Shown: positions 27,498-41,291 of the stretch, one piece after another
How positions within the stretch are numbered: position 1 is the stretch's first letter
How the letters are laid out: every line of letters begins with the position of its first letter
Source: Octopus sinensis
Lineage: Eukaryota
Direction: 5' to 3'
Assembly (NCBI RefSeq): GCF_006345805.1
Contig: NW_021836160.1
Span: 4,437-68,436, forward strand
DNA: 64,000 bases
Position numbers and translations under genes: made by a program
The notes under the pieces: model-generated
What the model saw: the letters and a program-made list of their open reading frames with translations, nothing else
Databases searched by the model: none
Told to the model about the DNA's origin: nothing

Positions 27498-27593
27498 TTA
27501 TAATCACCCCATGGATTTATAGGGATAACACCGTACAAAATTCAGGTGCATCTAACGTAAGTACAATATTCATTTGAATCTAAATTTTGCTGA

Positions 27594-27650
<57 letters not shown>

Positions 27651-27844
27651 TATAAATAGTAGTGTGCAATGTTTCACCAAAAAGGAGTATTACAAATGTC
27701 ACTAAATGTGACAAGGGTGTTATGAAAGACTTAGATTGCTAGAAATAAGAGCTAAACCCCTCTAATGCTGTAGTTAATCCACGTGAAGGAAAATATATAT
27801 ACTAACAGGGACAATAATCCTCCGAAAAGTGCCGATCGAGAATT

Positions 27845-28855
27845 CTTAATACTGACGTCTCAGCTTCTCGGACTTCTTGGCTGGTCTGCCGCGACCATCG
27901 GCGCAGGAGGCGGAGTGCCGTGAAGGGCTGATCACAGCTGCAAACGTAGCAGAGGCCCTATCGGGCTGCGTTGAGGGGATGATCACCGGGTCTAGATGGT
28001 CTGCCTTACGAGTTTTATTGCAATATGCCAGATTGTTTGGGAACATACTGGTAAATATCTACGCCAACTGGCAACAGAATAGGAGAATTCCTAGCTCTGT
28101 GAACCGGGGGACCGTGGTGCTGCTAATAAAGGATCCAAACAAGGGGGACATTATAGATAACTTTAGGCCCATCACTCTGCTTAATGCAGAGCTGAAGATT
28201 TTGGCGTTGCTAGACAAGAGGTTGGCGCTTGTCGTCGACAAACTGGTTGGGAAAGCGCACACATGCGCCATTCCATCCAGAACAACCCACAAGCTCCACC
28301 TCATACGCTACACCATAGACAGGGTGGTTAATAACCTGGCACGGGAAGGGCACTGATACATTTAGCTCAGTCTAAAGCATTCGATAGGGTTGACTATCTG
28401 GCGGCAGTCCTCGAAGCGGCCGGGTCTGGCCCGGACTTCCGTGGTTGGATCACCGCATTATATGGTGACATTAAATCGGCAGTTCGAATGAACGGTTATC
28501 TTTCACAGCCGTTCAGCATCGTGCGTTCGGTCCCCCAAGGATGTCCCCTGTCCTCCCTTCTGTACGTTCTGACCCTTGAGCTATTACTGCATAAATTGGA
28601 GGCCTTGAGGGGCATCCCGCGTGATCTGGGGTGCGGGAGTTCGGTGTCAGCGTACGCGGACGACATCACCGTTATCGTATCCTGTGACAGACATCTGAAT
28701 TTAGTAGGTGACGCCATTAGAGAGTACGAAGCGGTATCAAGGGCAAAAATAAACTGGGATAAGTCAGACGGCCTACAGATCAGCACTTGGCGAGACACGT
28801 CGATGTCCCCCAACAACGTCGTAGGATATTGGATGGGTGGCCCGGTGAAATTGGT
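27845..28855 (+). mobile_element. Tx1/L1-like LINE reverse transcriptase fragment, frameshifted
   Basis: Motifs FRPITLLNAELKILA, SKAFDRVD, VPQGCPLSSLLY, SAYADDITV and AKINWDKS. Confidence 0.92.
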
Positions 28856-28954
28856 CTATATTTCAGAAAAAAAATTACCTTATATTTAAAAAAATTACCC
28901 TATATTTAGGAAAAAAATTATATATATGTATATATATATATATGTGTGTGTGTG

Positions 28955-29141
28955 CTTTTATTCTTTTACTTGTTTCAGTCATTTGACTGCGGTCATGCTG
29001 GAGCACCGCTTTTATCGAGCAAATCGATCTCAGAACTTATTCTTTGTAAGCCTAGTACTTATTCTATCGGTCTCTTTTGCCGAACCAGTAGATTACGGTG
29101 ACGTTAACACACCAACATCAATGTTGTGGGGACAAACACAT

Positions 29142-29189
<48 letters not shown>

Positions 29190-29346
29190 GACGGGCTTCT
29201 TTCAGTTTCCGTCGTCTACCAAATCCAGTCACAAGGCTTTGGCCGGCCCGAGGCGAAAACACTTGTCCAAGGTGTCACCCTACGGGACTGAACCCGGAAC
29301 CATGTGGATGGTAAGCTAGCTACTTACGACACAGCCATTCCTGCGC

Positions 29347-29347
<1 letters not shown>
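28955..29347 (-). mobile_element. SINE family A
   Basis: Reverse complement of the family A pattern seen in this window. Confidence 0.85.
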
Positions 29348-29389
<42 letters not shown>

Positions 29390-30844
29390 TGTGTGTGTGT
29401 GTGTGTGTATACATTGTCCTATTTTTGTATTCTGATTTTTTTTTCTTGTGTTAATAATTGAAATGCAAGGAGACCGCGATGAAGGGATTGGTCAATCAAT
29501 TTGGTCCTCTTTATTTATTTTTTAAAGGCCGGTATCGGTCTCTTTTGCTGAATACTTAGGATGGGAGGTCGTAGAGAAGCAAAAACCGATACTCAAGTGG
29601 TGGTGGTGGGGGGGTAGGGGTAGGGCGAACACTCACCCACACACACACACATGCACACGCACACACATATTCTCACACAGGCAAACAAACGTATTCACAC
29701 GGACACATATTTACACACATACACACATATTCACACACATACACACAGAGACAAACACACGTATTCCCACGCACACATACACACACATACGCCCGTACAC
29801 AAATACATACACACACATGCATACGCACATGTTCACATGCACAATGCACACACATATATTTACACACTCACATACATACATACACACATACATACATACA
29901 CATACATACACACATATACACCCATACACACATACACATACAGGCACACGCACATATTCACACACACATACACACATATTTATACGCACGCTTACATACA
30001 CACATATACACACACATACGCATACAGACGCATATACAATGGGCTTTCACACACATTCCGTCTACCAAATTCACTCACAAGTAATTGGTCATCCCAGAAA
30101 TACAGTAGAAAAAAACTTACTTAATATGCCACCCTTAAGAGGCCTGGACATGAAGACATGCTTATACACACGTCCACACACACACAGACTCTCACACACA
30201 ATTTAGACGGCGGGAGAGCGAAAAAGAGAGAAAAAGAGATTTTATATCGGTTCAATCTCAAAACGAATTTGGTTAAAGGACGAACGTAAAATAGTGAGGA
30301 ATAACCATTTTGTGTTTCTAAAAATCATGTTCTTTATACATTGTTAAAGTAATTTTTAAACTTATTTATTTATTTATTTAGGGAGCATTAAGTAGGGATG
30401 AATGAAATACAGGCGTGTATACAATAATATTTAATATGTTCGTGTACACTCGGTCGCAGAAAGACATGCGCTGTAGAAAATGTCACTAGAGAAAAATACT
30501 CTTACAGCTAATACGTGGGGAAAACGAATCATGGAGCTAGAAATTACGTCATCGACCTGTAGGGCGTATTCGTCTCTGCGTCATTACTGAGGTCAGCTAC
30601 GGATACAGGTTTTCTTGTTAATACAACAGCGAAATCAAAAGCATCAATGTCCCCCATTGGGACTTCATAGCAAAATCCATCCCTGGACCGAAATTACCCT
30701 CATACATCCATCGCAAATAGATCCAGCCTCTTAGCTTGACTTTTCTTTCTTTCTATTATTCTCTTCAATTTTAAGTCTTCCCAATCAAACACTGATACGT
30801 CGAAGCCAGCGAGAGCGACCATCGTTGTCGTCGTCGTCATCATG

Positions 30845-30889
30845 ATACACATTATTATTATTATATTATTATTATTATTATTATTATTA

Positions 30890-30944
<55 letters not shown>

Positions 30945-31225
30945 CATCATTATTATTATCATTATTATTATTATCATTATTATTATTATTATCATTATTA
31001 TTATTATTATTATTTTTTATTATTATATTATTATTATTATTATCATCATTATTATTATCATTATTATTATTATCATTATTATTATTATTATATTATTATT
31101 ATTATCATTATATTATTATTATCATTATTATCATCATTATTATTATCATCATCATCATCATCATCATTCATCATTATTATATTATTATTATATTATTATT
31201 ATTATTATTATTATTATCATTATTA

Positions 31226-31279
<54 letters not shown>

Positions 31280-31280
31280 T
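30845..31280. repeat. (ATT)n microsatellite
   Basis: Read directly. Confidence 0.95.
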
Positions 31281-32565
31281 AGGGCGGCCAGCTTCCAGAA
31301 TCGTTTGCACGCCAAGCAAAATTGTGTTGATGCGGGCAGAGCTTTTTTCAAGCTGGAATTTATTCATTAACTACAGACTAATCAACGTTGAACGAAATAT
31401 AAATGTACACAATTATTTTTAATATGTTCGTGTGCATTCAGACATGTAAAGACACAGCCACAGAAATGATCCTACGCTCCGATGATTCGTAGCCTAATGG
31501 TGTTTGTATTTCACACATCGTCTAAATGGAGAATTTTTATCTCGTGATAATTTCTGCAGCGTATGTCTTTCCATGTCCGTGTGTATTTTACTCTTTTCAG
31601 TATGAGTCTAAACGCCTATAGTTTTTTTTAATTCTTTTATTTGTTTCAGTCATTGAACTGTAGTCATGTTGGGATACAGTCTTGAGAGGTTTAGTTCTTC
31701 AAACCGAATCGATACGTATTTTAAGTCTGGCGTTCTATCAGTTCTTTTCTCATCAAACAACTAAGTTACAAGAAGGTAAACTAGCACAAAAAGAACCCGA
31801 AAGATCAGCGCGAACACACACACATATGTGGCGGGCTTCAACACAGTTCTCGTCGAACAAATTGACTCACGACTCTAGTCGCCTGAAGACTGTAGTTGAA
31901 AAACACAAAAAGCTTACCAAAGATGTTGTCACACAGAGGGACAGAACTTAAAGTCATGTAGTTGCTAAGTGAACTTCTTAACCACACAATAATGCTTGCT
32001 GTGCAAATATATAATGTGAACCGCCAACGCAATTTTAGATCAGTGTAGAGTAATATAATTTTACGAGGTTTATGTACATAGTTGTTATCTTCCATCTTCT
32101 GTTACAAATTTTTCTTACTTTAACGAAATTAAGGGAGATATAAAACGAAGCACAAGCAATTTTAAGACACTTAATTTACATTTCTATAGTACATATTTTA
32201 TATGCGATATTTGAGTCATATATTTAAGTTTGTATTATAATTATTTTTTGCAGTTTATTTTCAAACATTGTACATTAATACATGCGCAGTTTAATGTTAA
32301 CATATATCAATATAGCTAGAGTCAGTATCTATATTTCAAAAATATTTAGCATTTTAAAATAAATGTACGTACACACATACACATACATAACTGAATAAAC
32401 ACACACGCACACAAACATGTACTTGTGTACGTGTGTATGTGTGTATGCATGCGTTCGTGTATATATGTATGTATATGTGTATGTATATGTGTATATGAAT
32501 ATATGTATGTCTGTTTATATGTATATATACATAAGTTTATTAACAAAACCATTCGCACCATATAT

Positions 32566-32637
<72 letters not shown>

Positions 32638-32695
32638 CTATACGTATGTATATGTATAACCACATATGCACACCGAGCAGTGAGAATAAAAAACA

Positions 32696-32759
32696 ATGGC
32701 TCCCATGTTTATTTCTAAGCTCGCACTGACCGCGTGTCAGGCTGCGATAACTCTGGCTG
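32696..32759 (+). CDS. Candidate first coding exon, signal-peptide-like MAPMFISKLALTACQAAITLA
   Basis: aaaacaATGg start context, 21 open codons, then a phase-1 consensus donor G|GTGAGT; no downstream exon identified. Confidence 0.3.
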
Positions 32760-33273
32760 GTGAGTTACAACGATGTCGAAATCGCTGCTATGGTAGAGTC
32801 CCTTACACTGACGAGTCGAACGTGCTACGAATACATAGTTGTTATAAAGAAAATATACTTTACTAGGAAGAGATGCAACAGCGATTAGCATGTTCACGTC
32901 CGAATCAGCAGGACGTATTAAGGATTAAGAATTAAGTTGTAAGCCATGGTATATATAAGAGTAGATAGGGGAGTATTATGTGATGATCACCATTGGAACG
33001 CCTGTAATTAGAATTGCGTTCAATCAGATTTGATAGATGCAACAATAAAAAACAAATCGATAATTTCGGATATTATTCGACCATCTAAAAATTATTATCA
33101 CTTGTGTGTATGCACGTGTATATACATGCATATCTCCATACGCATGTATACGCATATATATATATATATACACACACATACAAATACATACATGCATGCA
33201 AACATACATGCATATGTATATATTTGTGTGTGTGTATGTGTGTATGTGTGTGTATACATATATATGCACACAA

Positions 33274-33309
<36 letters not shown>

Positions 33310-33436
33310 TATATATATATATTCATATATATTAAATGATAGATTTTACGATATTTATTCTATTCTTCTGATATTTGCCGAGCCGCTAAGTTATGGTTGA
33401 TATATATTCACACACATACACGTACGTACGCACACG

Positions 33437-33471
<35 letters not shown>

Positions 33472-33582
33472 GTGTATACACACATGTGCATGAAGCAACG
33501 CTCGATATATGCAATTGTATATGCCTTTTATGTATGGTTGTATGTATATGTGTGTGTGCGCGCGTGTGTGTATATGGATTAA

Positions 33583-33813
33583 GGCGACGAGCTGGCAGAA
33601 ACGTAAGCACGCCGGGCGAAATGCGTAGCCGTATTTCGTCTGTCGTTACGTTCCGTGTTCAAATTCCGCCGAGGTCGACTTTGCCTTTCATCCTTTCGAG
33701 GTCGATAAATTAAGTACCATTTACGCACTGGGGTCGATGTAATCGACTTAATCCCTTTGCCTGTCCTTGTTTGTCCCCTCTATGTTTAGCCCCTTGTGGG
33801 CAGTAAAGAAATA
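33583..33813 (+). mobile_element. SINE family B (tRNA head, Nin/Deu-like core)
   Basis: ggcgacgagctggcagaaacg...gttcaaattcc gccgaggtcgactttgcctttcatcctttcgaggtcgataaattaagtacc. Confidence 0.85.
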
Positions 33814-33919
33814 TATATGGATGTACACATTTATGCGTTTGCGTATACAAGCACAAACACACACATGCTTATATATTTAAACCTATCTATATCTATATTA
33901 TCAATATACCATGTCTACC

Positions 33920-33987
<68 letters not shown>

Positions 33988-35896
33988 TATATATTATATA
34001 TATATTATATATATATATATATATACCAATACATATCGATACACACACGCACACACACATGCATAATATACACACGTACACACACATGCACACATACATA
34101 CGCAAGCACAGTGTCACGCACCGACACACACATAGCACAGCCAGCTACCTTTCTCACACTGATGAGTACAGGTAGGTAGAAAATTCATATCTATATTTAT
34201 TTTAACGCATATACACACATTTATTATCTCTCTGTCACACACACACACACACCACACACACACACACACACACACTCTCACATACACTCACACATATATA
34301 CATCCAGTATTTATATATTTTCCATGTATACTAGTCCTATAATTAATCAATAAACCAATTAAAATATATTTGATGCGAAGGAAATAATCGATTTGCATGA
34401 TGAAAATAATACGAACAATATTTTTGCTATTGGTGTTGTTGTTGTTTTTAGTTTTCACAACTAAGATAGAATTAGAATATTCTGGTAAAGTACAATTCAA
34501 TACTTGATTATCGAAAAAAAATTATTTTTTTGTATACATATAATTTGTATGAATGGAGATAGTTTTCTGTATTAACAATATTGTTAGCGGAATATAAAAT
34601 ATATTGGAATTACATCTATAAAATATCATCCATTAATATTATATATGGAAATTGTGATTGAGCCGCCCAACAGAGCATGGTGCCGCCACTCATGGCTATG
34701 TGTACTTTTGTCAAAGCACAATGCCAGTTTCATAATTTACAAAAGAAAGTCGATTCTCTCTGGTAGCAGTAATATGCTGTGATCGATTTAATGAACTTGT
34801 TTCTGTTTCTGCCCCACTCCTCTACAACAGTAGATAAATAAATGAATAAATAAATAATTGGCTTCGATAAATCGATATTTTATGGAGAAATATTGAATAC
34901 TTTCTTAGGGACAAGCTGTTCCAAGGTAAAAGAATATAAAAAAAATCATTAATTTCGCGCAATTATCTTCTGGCGTTTCACACCTGACCCAATTTTAACA
35001 TTGATAGATAAATATTTTATCAGTGAGGCCAAAGTGGATGGTGTGGCCTACTAGAAACAGCAACCCCTCTCTCCCTCCCTCTGTTTTTCTCTCTCTGTTT
35101 CTCCTCTTCCCTCTCTTACACCCACTCTCTCTATTACTTTCCATTATACCATCTTAACATGAAATGAAGGGAAAAGGGTGCCTTTAATCATAGTACTGAT
35201 CCATGAGAGCTAGTCTGCGATAGGGCAACCTCAACAGTTATAGTCCTTCGCTGCATAATGTACTTCTGTAATGCTGCGCTTGGGTAGCCACGACTAAAAC
35301 GTCTTCCGTTGTAGGTCTACTGATTAAAGCCTGGCTTGCAGCGAAACAGCAAGACCTCGTTACTTCAAATCGTATATTATCTTTTTATAAAGGAAATAAG
35401 CCAGGTGTTTTGAAAATAATGCGAGTTTTGGATATATTATACCAAACAAAGACGAGAAGATCACTATTCAAGAGTTCCGTGCTGATATCTATTGGATCAG
35501 TTCTGATTTAGAGATAAACTACAAAAATGCTTCAATAGAGATGTAAGCACGATTAGAATGTCTAAGTGAAGTTATATAAAATGTTATAGATCAAACTGCC
35601 TACGTCAGGAATGTGCCCGTGCCATACGAACGACAGTCATCAAATCACAGTATCTCAAACGCCTGATAAAGCAGGTAGAAAGAAGTCACGTTAAAGTGGC
35701 TGTCAATGGAGGGGCATACATAGTGATGATGGCAAATGAAATACTGGGAAAAATTTAATCAGTTGTCAGTTTGCTGTAAATTATGTCTGGAGGCCTGAAC
35801 ATATTAGACGGTGAATTTGCAGAACCATTAGAGAGACGGAAAAAGTGATTTACTCTTTCTATGTTCAAATCCAGCGGACGTCATCTCTACTTTTCA

Positions 35897-36140
35897 CCAT
35901 CCAATATTATATCTGGCCTATTTGCATCTATCTGTCCGTCAATTTGAACGGCGAAGTTCCAGAGGAGTGAGATGTGCTCATTTTCAAGCACTGAAGGTGG
36001 TTTGTGTTCCCACCAGTTTTTATCATGGGGATGGTCTAAGTTTTTTCAAATTACCCAGTGAATATACTGTGATGCTCTATCATGCCAGTTGAGGCACTCT
36101 GTAGGCGCAAGAAGACTGCACGTGGAGACATGATCGTTGG
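35897..36140 (-). mobile_element. R4/Dong-like LINE fragment, end of zinc knuckle to RLE PD motif
   Basis: Minus strand: HVSTCSLLAPTECLNWHDRASQYIHWVI*...NWWEHKPPSVLENEHISLLWNFAVQIDGQIDANRPDII. Confidence 0.82.
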
Positions 36141-36160
36141 TTATTATTATTATTATTATT

Positions 36161-36714
36161 GAGTGAGCGAGCAGAGCATGCCATCAAAGTGACACTGGGG
36201 TAAAATATACGAAGCCCAGTATACCCATCATGACTACCCGTCTGATAAGGGTACACCAGGCACATGCATCACAACCATATGTGCGCGACATGGTGATCTC
36301 ATATCAAGATAAACAGCACATGACCTTGCAGGTGGAGCCCAGTTAGAATTTTCTTCAGATCGAGTAACCCATCCCGCTCAAAAGGTCCCTGAATAAGGGT
36401 TGTTTAAGGACGTTGAACGAAACACCCATGTTTCCAGAGGTGAATTATTCAAACCCCAAAGAATCCCTCTCAACACATGGCTATGATGCTCCCCCACTAC
36501 TTCTACTCGTGATCAGAGATGCACATATCGTCAGCCACTAAGGGACATGCTCAACTGGTTAAGGTCAAACAACTGACAAGCAAATCTGTGGTATTGAGCA
36601 CAATATTTGCTGTAGCCCATCTTTTATACCAAGACAAAACAATGTACATGATAACACTTCCAATCAGTTAAGATCAGAAGCCATGAGAGCCGCTGCCTGG
36701 TACTGCATCAGGGC
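36161..36714 (-). mobile_element. Non-coding ~550 bp retroposon or LINE 3'UTR embedded in (TAA)n
   Basis: (TAT)n on both sides; second copy at 1-157; no pol III boxes or ORF recognised. Confidence 0.7.
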
Positions 36715-36770
<56 letters not shown>

Positions 36771-37142
36771 TATTATTATTATTATTGTTGTTGTTGTTGT
36801 TGTTGTTGTTGTCTTTGTTATTATTATCACCATCGACAATTCAGTCTTCAGATCAGTCGTGGTTGTTTTTGTTTGTTCATATATATTTATGACTGTAAAT
36901 CATTAAATTGTGCAATATTGTTAAGCGAGCCAGCATTTTAACTAATGGATTCTGCTTCATTAAAAAATGTGTCTCAGGCGTTGATCCGGTTCTGCCATCA
37001 AAAGTTCTTTAATCTCAACTTTGAATCATTCGTTTCTAGGCTAGCATTGCAATTTTTCTTTGTATATTTTAACTTTTCAGTTTATCTAAGCGTTCATCAT
37101 CTGGACCAATGGCTCTCAACCGGGGTCACTATGGCCCTTAAA

Positions 37143-37402
37143 AGGTAGGTAAAGTTACATTCTCGAGTCATGCCGACTTGTAAGAGCCGGTTTCCCGTTT
37201 TCTATGGCGTATAAATTCCTCACTTCTTGGACGGGACGCCAGTCAATGCAAGACCGACTCATTTTTGCAAGCTGAATGGACTGGAGCAATGTGGAATGAA
37301 GTGTTTTGTTCAAGAACACAAAGCATCGCCCGGTCCAGGATTCGAAGTCACAATCTTATGATCATGAGTGCAACATCCTAACCACTAAGCCACGCACCTC
37401 CA
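37143..37402 (-). mobile_element. SINE family D
   Basis: Reverse complement begins ggaggtgcgtggcttagtggttagg and continues gtgttcttgaacaaaacacttcattcc. Confidence 0.8.
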
Positions 37403-38841
37403 CTAATATGGCACTTTGGAATCCATATACGATTTTGTTGTTAAAATTTATGTGCAATAAATTGCTTATGCTTCTATAACACACAATTCATTAAACATTT
37501 TTAAAATCCAATTTCTAATAATATTTAACTATAATTAAGGTGGTGAGTTGGCAGAATGGTTATTACGCTGGGCAGAATGGTTAGCGCTATTATTTACGTT
37601 CTGAATTCGAAATCTGCCGAGGTCGTCTTTGCCTTTTATCCTTTTGCGTTCGATAAAGTAAGTACCAGTTGAACACTGGGGTCGATGTAATCGACTTAAT
37701 CCTTCCCATGCCGTGTACCAAAATGTGAAACTGATATTTAGCTATAAAAATACAGTAGAATTATTTGATGTTCACCGAATGATTATGGGGTTCCCCAGAG
37801 TAAAATAAAAATGAAAGTTGTCCATAGACAAAAAAAAATAAAACGAAATGGTTGGGAATCATTGATTTGTAAGGTTCTCTTACGATTGAGTTATCATAGC
37901 ATTCTGTAATTCCATTTTTAACGTCCTAGAATTATCGTACTAAGACTATAGTACTGAAGCTATTCTACTAAAATATCTATCGTTTATTTTTCTCTTCAAA
38001 TCGTCAGACATTACGGCTCTGTTTTATGTTTGTTGGCTCTCCTGAATACAGAAATCGTTTTCTTTTTCATTTGTTCGTATTCTGCCCAGACTGTGTCGTG
38101 TAGTTTCGCTGAATGAAGATCACACGCTGACTGAAGACCAATACTCTCAACCTCACATCCGCCATTCTGCTACCCATGACTTCGCCGTGACTCCGGCCCA
38201 GGGACTTTTCGCGGTTGAGGTTTTCCATAATTCTTCACGAGATATTCTTGTAGTCCTCGTTTGGCGTTTTATAATTGTTTTCTAGTTGAGTATAAACTCC
38301 TGCTTCTCTATATCCGGTAAATATAATCTTTGTAACATTTTGTATAGTGTATTCTACTGGTCGTCAATGTTTCTTCTTTTCTATCTTAATTTTTTTTAAC
38401 CTATTCGGTTGCATATATTAGTTTTTTTAACCATTCGGTTGCATATATTAGTTCCAAATTTTGGTTCAAAGCCAGCAATTTTGAGGAGGGGGTGGTGGCT
38501 AAGTCGATTTCATCGGCAGCAGTACACAACTGGTATTTATTTTATCGACCTCGAAAAGATGAAAAGTGAAACTGACTCCGTCTGAATTTGAACCCAGTAC
38601 GTAAGGGCGGACGAAATGCCGCAAAGCATTTTGTCTGGTGTCCTAATTATACTATCATCATTATTAAGATGACTTATAGCAATCATTTACGTCCGTGTAT
38701 GTTCTGATTCTGACTTGGCTTTACAACGTTCAGGGTTTCATAAAACATGTCAAAATAAAACCACAGAGGTAAATTACGTCGACTAAACACCACCTCGTTA
38801 CACAAATATATGGTTTTCTACACATCCATATTACCATGAAT

Positions 38842-38876
<35 letters not shown>

Positions 38877-38900
38877 TCATTATTATTATTATTATTATTA

Positions 38901-38932
<32 letters not shown>

Positions 38933-39348
38933 CGTTCCTTAGTATAAAGCGAAAATGTTCCTGTTCTGGTATTTTTTCATATTTACAATTGCTCTTTTTC
39001 TTCTTTTTTTTTTGATTTTCTGTTTCCTCAATCTCCTATTTATTCTTTTTTCTTTTTTCATTCTTTTTGTCTTTTTTTTTTTGCAATTTCATGCCTAATT
39101 ATATACCAATAAACTACTTTATTCAAGGCTATAAGCAGAAAGTAATATCGTAAACCTTACCCTTACCAACAATAACAAAATAAAAACAAAACAAAATAAC
39201 TCCCGATACATAAACAATAACAGCAACAGCAAAAACCCAGCCTGCAACTCCCCCCCCCAAAAAAAATGAATAAAAATAAATCAGCAACGGCATCAGCAGC
39301 AACAGCAGCAGCAAATCCATTTTTACCACGACTACGACGACGGCCTCC

Positions 39349-39380
<32 letters not shown>

Positions 39381-39699
39381 CAATTCCTGTGATTATGAAC
39401 AACAACTACAACAGCTACAACAGATAACAACAATCATAATATAACATTACTAACATTATCACCGCCATTATTTTTCAACCCTCCCACCTCCGAGCCCCCA
39501 CTGCCACCACAGCAACCACCACTAATATACCACCACCACCGCCGCCGCCGCCATCATCACACTGCCACCCGAAAACTAGAACACAAGCCAAAATTTTTTT
39601 TAAAAATGGGGGGAAGGGGAGAAAATAAAAAAAGGGAAAATTAATAAACGAAGATAAACAAGAATTACCATAACAACAATAGCAACAACAAAAATAATT

Positions 39700-39708
39700 A
39701 TGACGATA

Positions 39709-39741
<33 letters not shown>

Positions 39742-39753
39742 TTAATAATAATA

Positions 39754-39784
<31 letters not shown>

Positions 39785-39846
39785 TAATGATGATGATGAT
39801 AATAATAATAATAATAATATATAATAATAATAATAATAATAATAAC

Positions 39847-39888
<42 letters not shown>

Positions 39889-39898
39889 AATAATAATG

Positions 39899-39939
<41 letters not shown>

Positions 39940-40162
39940 AATAATAATAATGATGATAATAATAATAATAATAATAATGATGATGATAATGATGACAATA
40001 ATAATAATAATAATAATAATAGTAATGATAATAATAATAATAATAATGATAATAATAATAATAATAACAACAACAACAACAATAATGATTGTAAGAATAA
40101 CAACGGCAACACCAACAACAGCAACAATAATGGCAGCATCAATATCTTTAAAAATAATAATG

Positions 40163-40257
<95 letters not shown>

Positions 40258-40320
40258 TAATAATATAATAATATAATAACAACAACAATAACAACAATAA
40301 ACAACAACAGCAACAAAAAG
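39700..40320. repeat. (AAT)n/(GAT)/(AAC) microsatellite
   Basis: Read directly. Confidence 0.95.
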
Positions 40321-40772
40321 ACTGGCGAGAACGAATTGTATTGTTTATATTGCTTCCATGCGCAAACTCCATTCTCTTGGTTAATCAATTAGCTTCTACT
40401 GAATTTTGGATCATAACCAAAATAGAATCATTACTTCATCGTTATTACAAAACACAAATTTTCTGCTGCTTCTTATATAAGAACACAAACAAACAAACAA
40501 ACAAACAAGCAAACTAACAAACAAAAAATAATAATAAAGAAAAAAAATTAAAAACAAAAAAAATCCATTATGAATTTATTTTAATTTTTACGTTTTATCT
40601 ATTGGCGTTTTCTGTTATATATATATATATATACTTTCATTTTCTAATCTAGGTTTAATATTTTTTCGGTTATAAAATAATTTCTTTTTTATTATTGTTT
40701 TCTGTACAAATAATTTTTGCTGTTGTATTTCTCTATTAGCATAACTAAGTATACTTTCCTATAAAAATGGCT

Positions 40773-40805
<33 letters not shown>

Positions 40806-40885
40806 GTGTGTGTGTGTATATGTGGTGTGTGTGTGTGTGTATGTATGTATCTATCTATAATTTAGGACAAACAGTAAGTTGTCAT

Positions 40886-40946
40886 AATAGTACTCGGAGT
40901 TTCGAATGCTGGAGCGAAGAGCTACGATGCATTCTCGACGGCTATT
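40886..40946 (-). ncRNA. Hammerhead-like motif with CCGUCGA core
   Basis: Minus strand: AATAG-CCGTCGA-GAATGC[loop]GCATTC-GAAA-CTCCGAG-TA-CTATT; all three stems pair; an inverted partial copy lies at about 41227-41270. Confidence 0.65.
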
Positions 40947-41136
40947 AATGGTTCTGTGTTAAGTAGCCTTGCTTACCAACCACGTGGTTCCGAGTTCAGT
41001 CCCACTGTGTGGATCTTTGGGCATGTGTCTTCTACCATAATCTCGGGCGACCAAGGTCTTGTGAGTAGATTTGGTAGACGGAAACTGAAGAAGCCATATC
41101 TATGTATGTATGTATGTATGTATGTATGTATATATT

Positions 41137-41195
<59 letters not shown>

Positions 41196-41291
41196 CATAT
41201 ATATGTCTGTTTATCTGTATTCTCCGCGAAACTTCGAGTACTATAATGACAAGCTTCTGTTTGTCCTATATTATACATATATAAATAAACC

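Noticed and set aside
30500-30840. Non-repetitive island with CRE-like motifs and short open frames
   Set aside because: No consistent exon model, and such short motifs are expected by chance.
32800-32850. CTGACGA-GT...AC-GAAT hammerhead-like start
   Set aside because: No GAAA, no stem III and no convincing stem I.
38070-38275. Minus-strand TATAAAA followed by a 53-aa ORF (MENLNREKSLG...)
   Set aside because: Short, no recognisable homology or strong splice signal.
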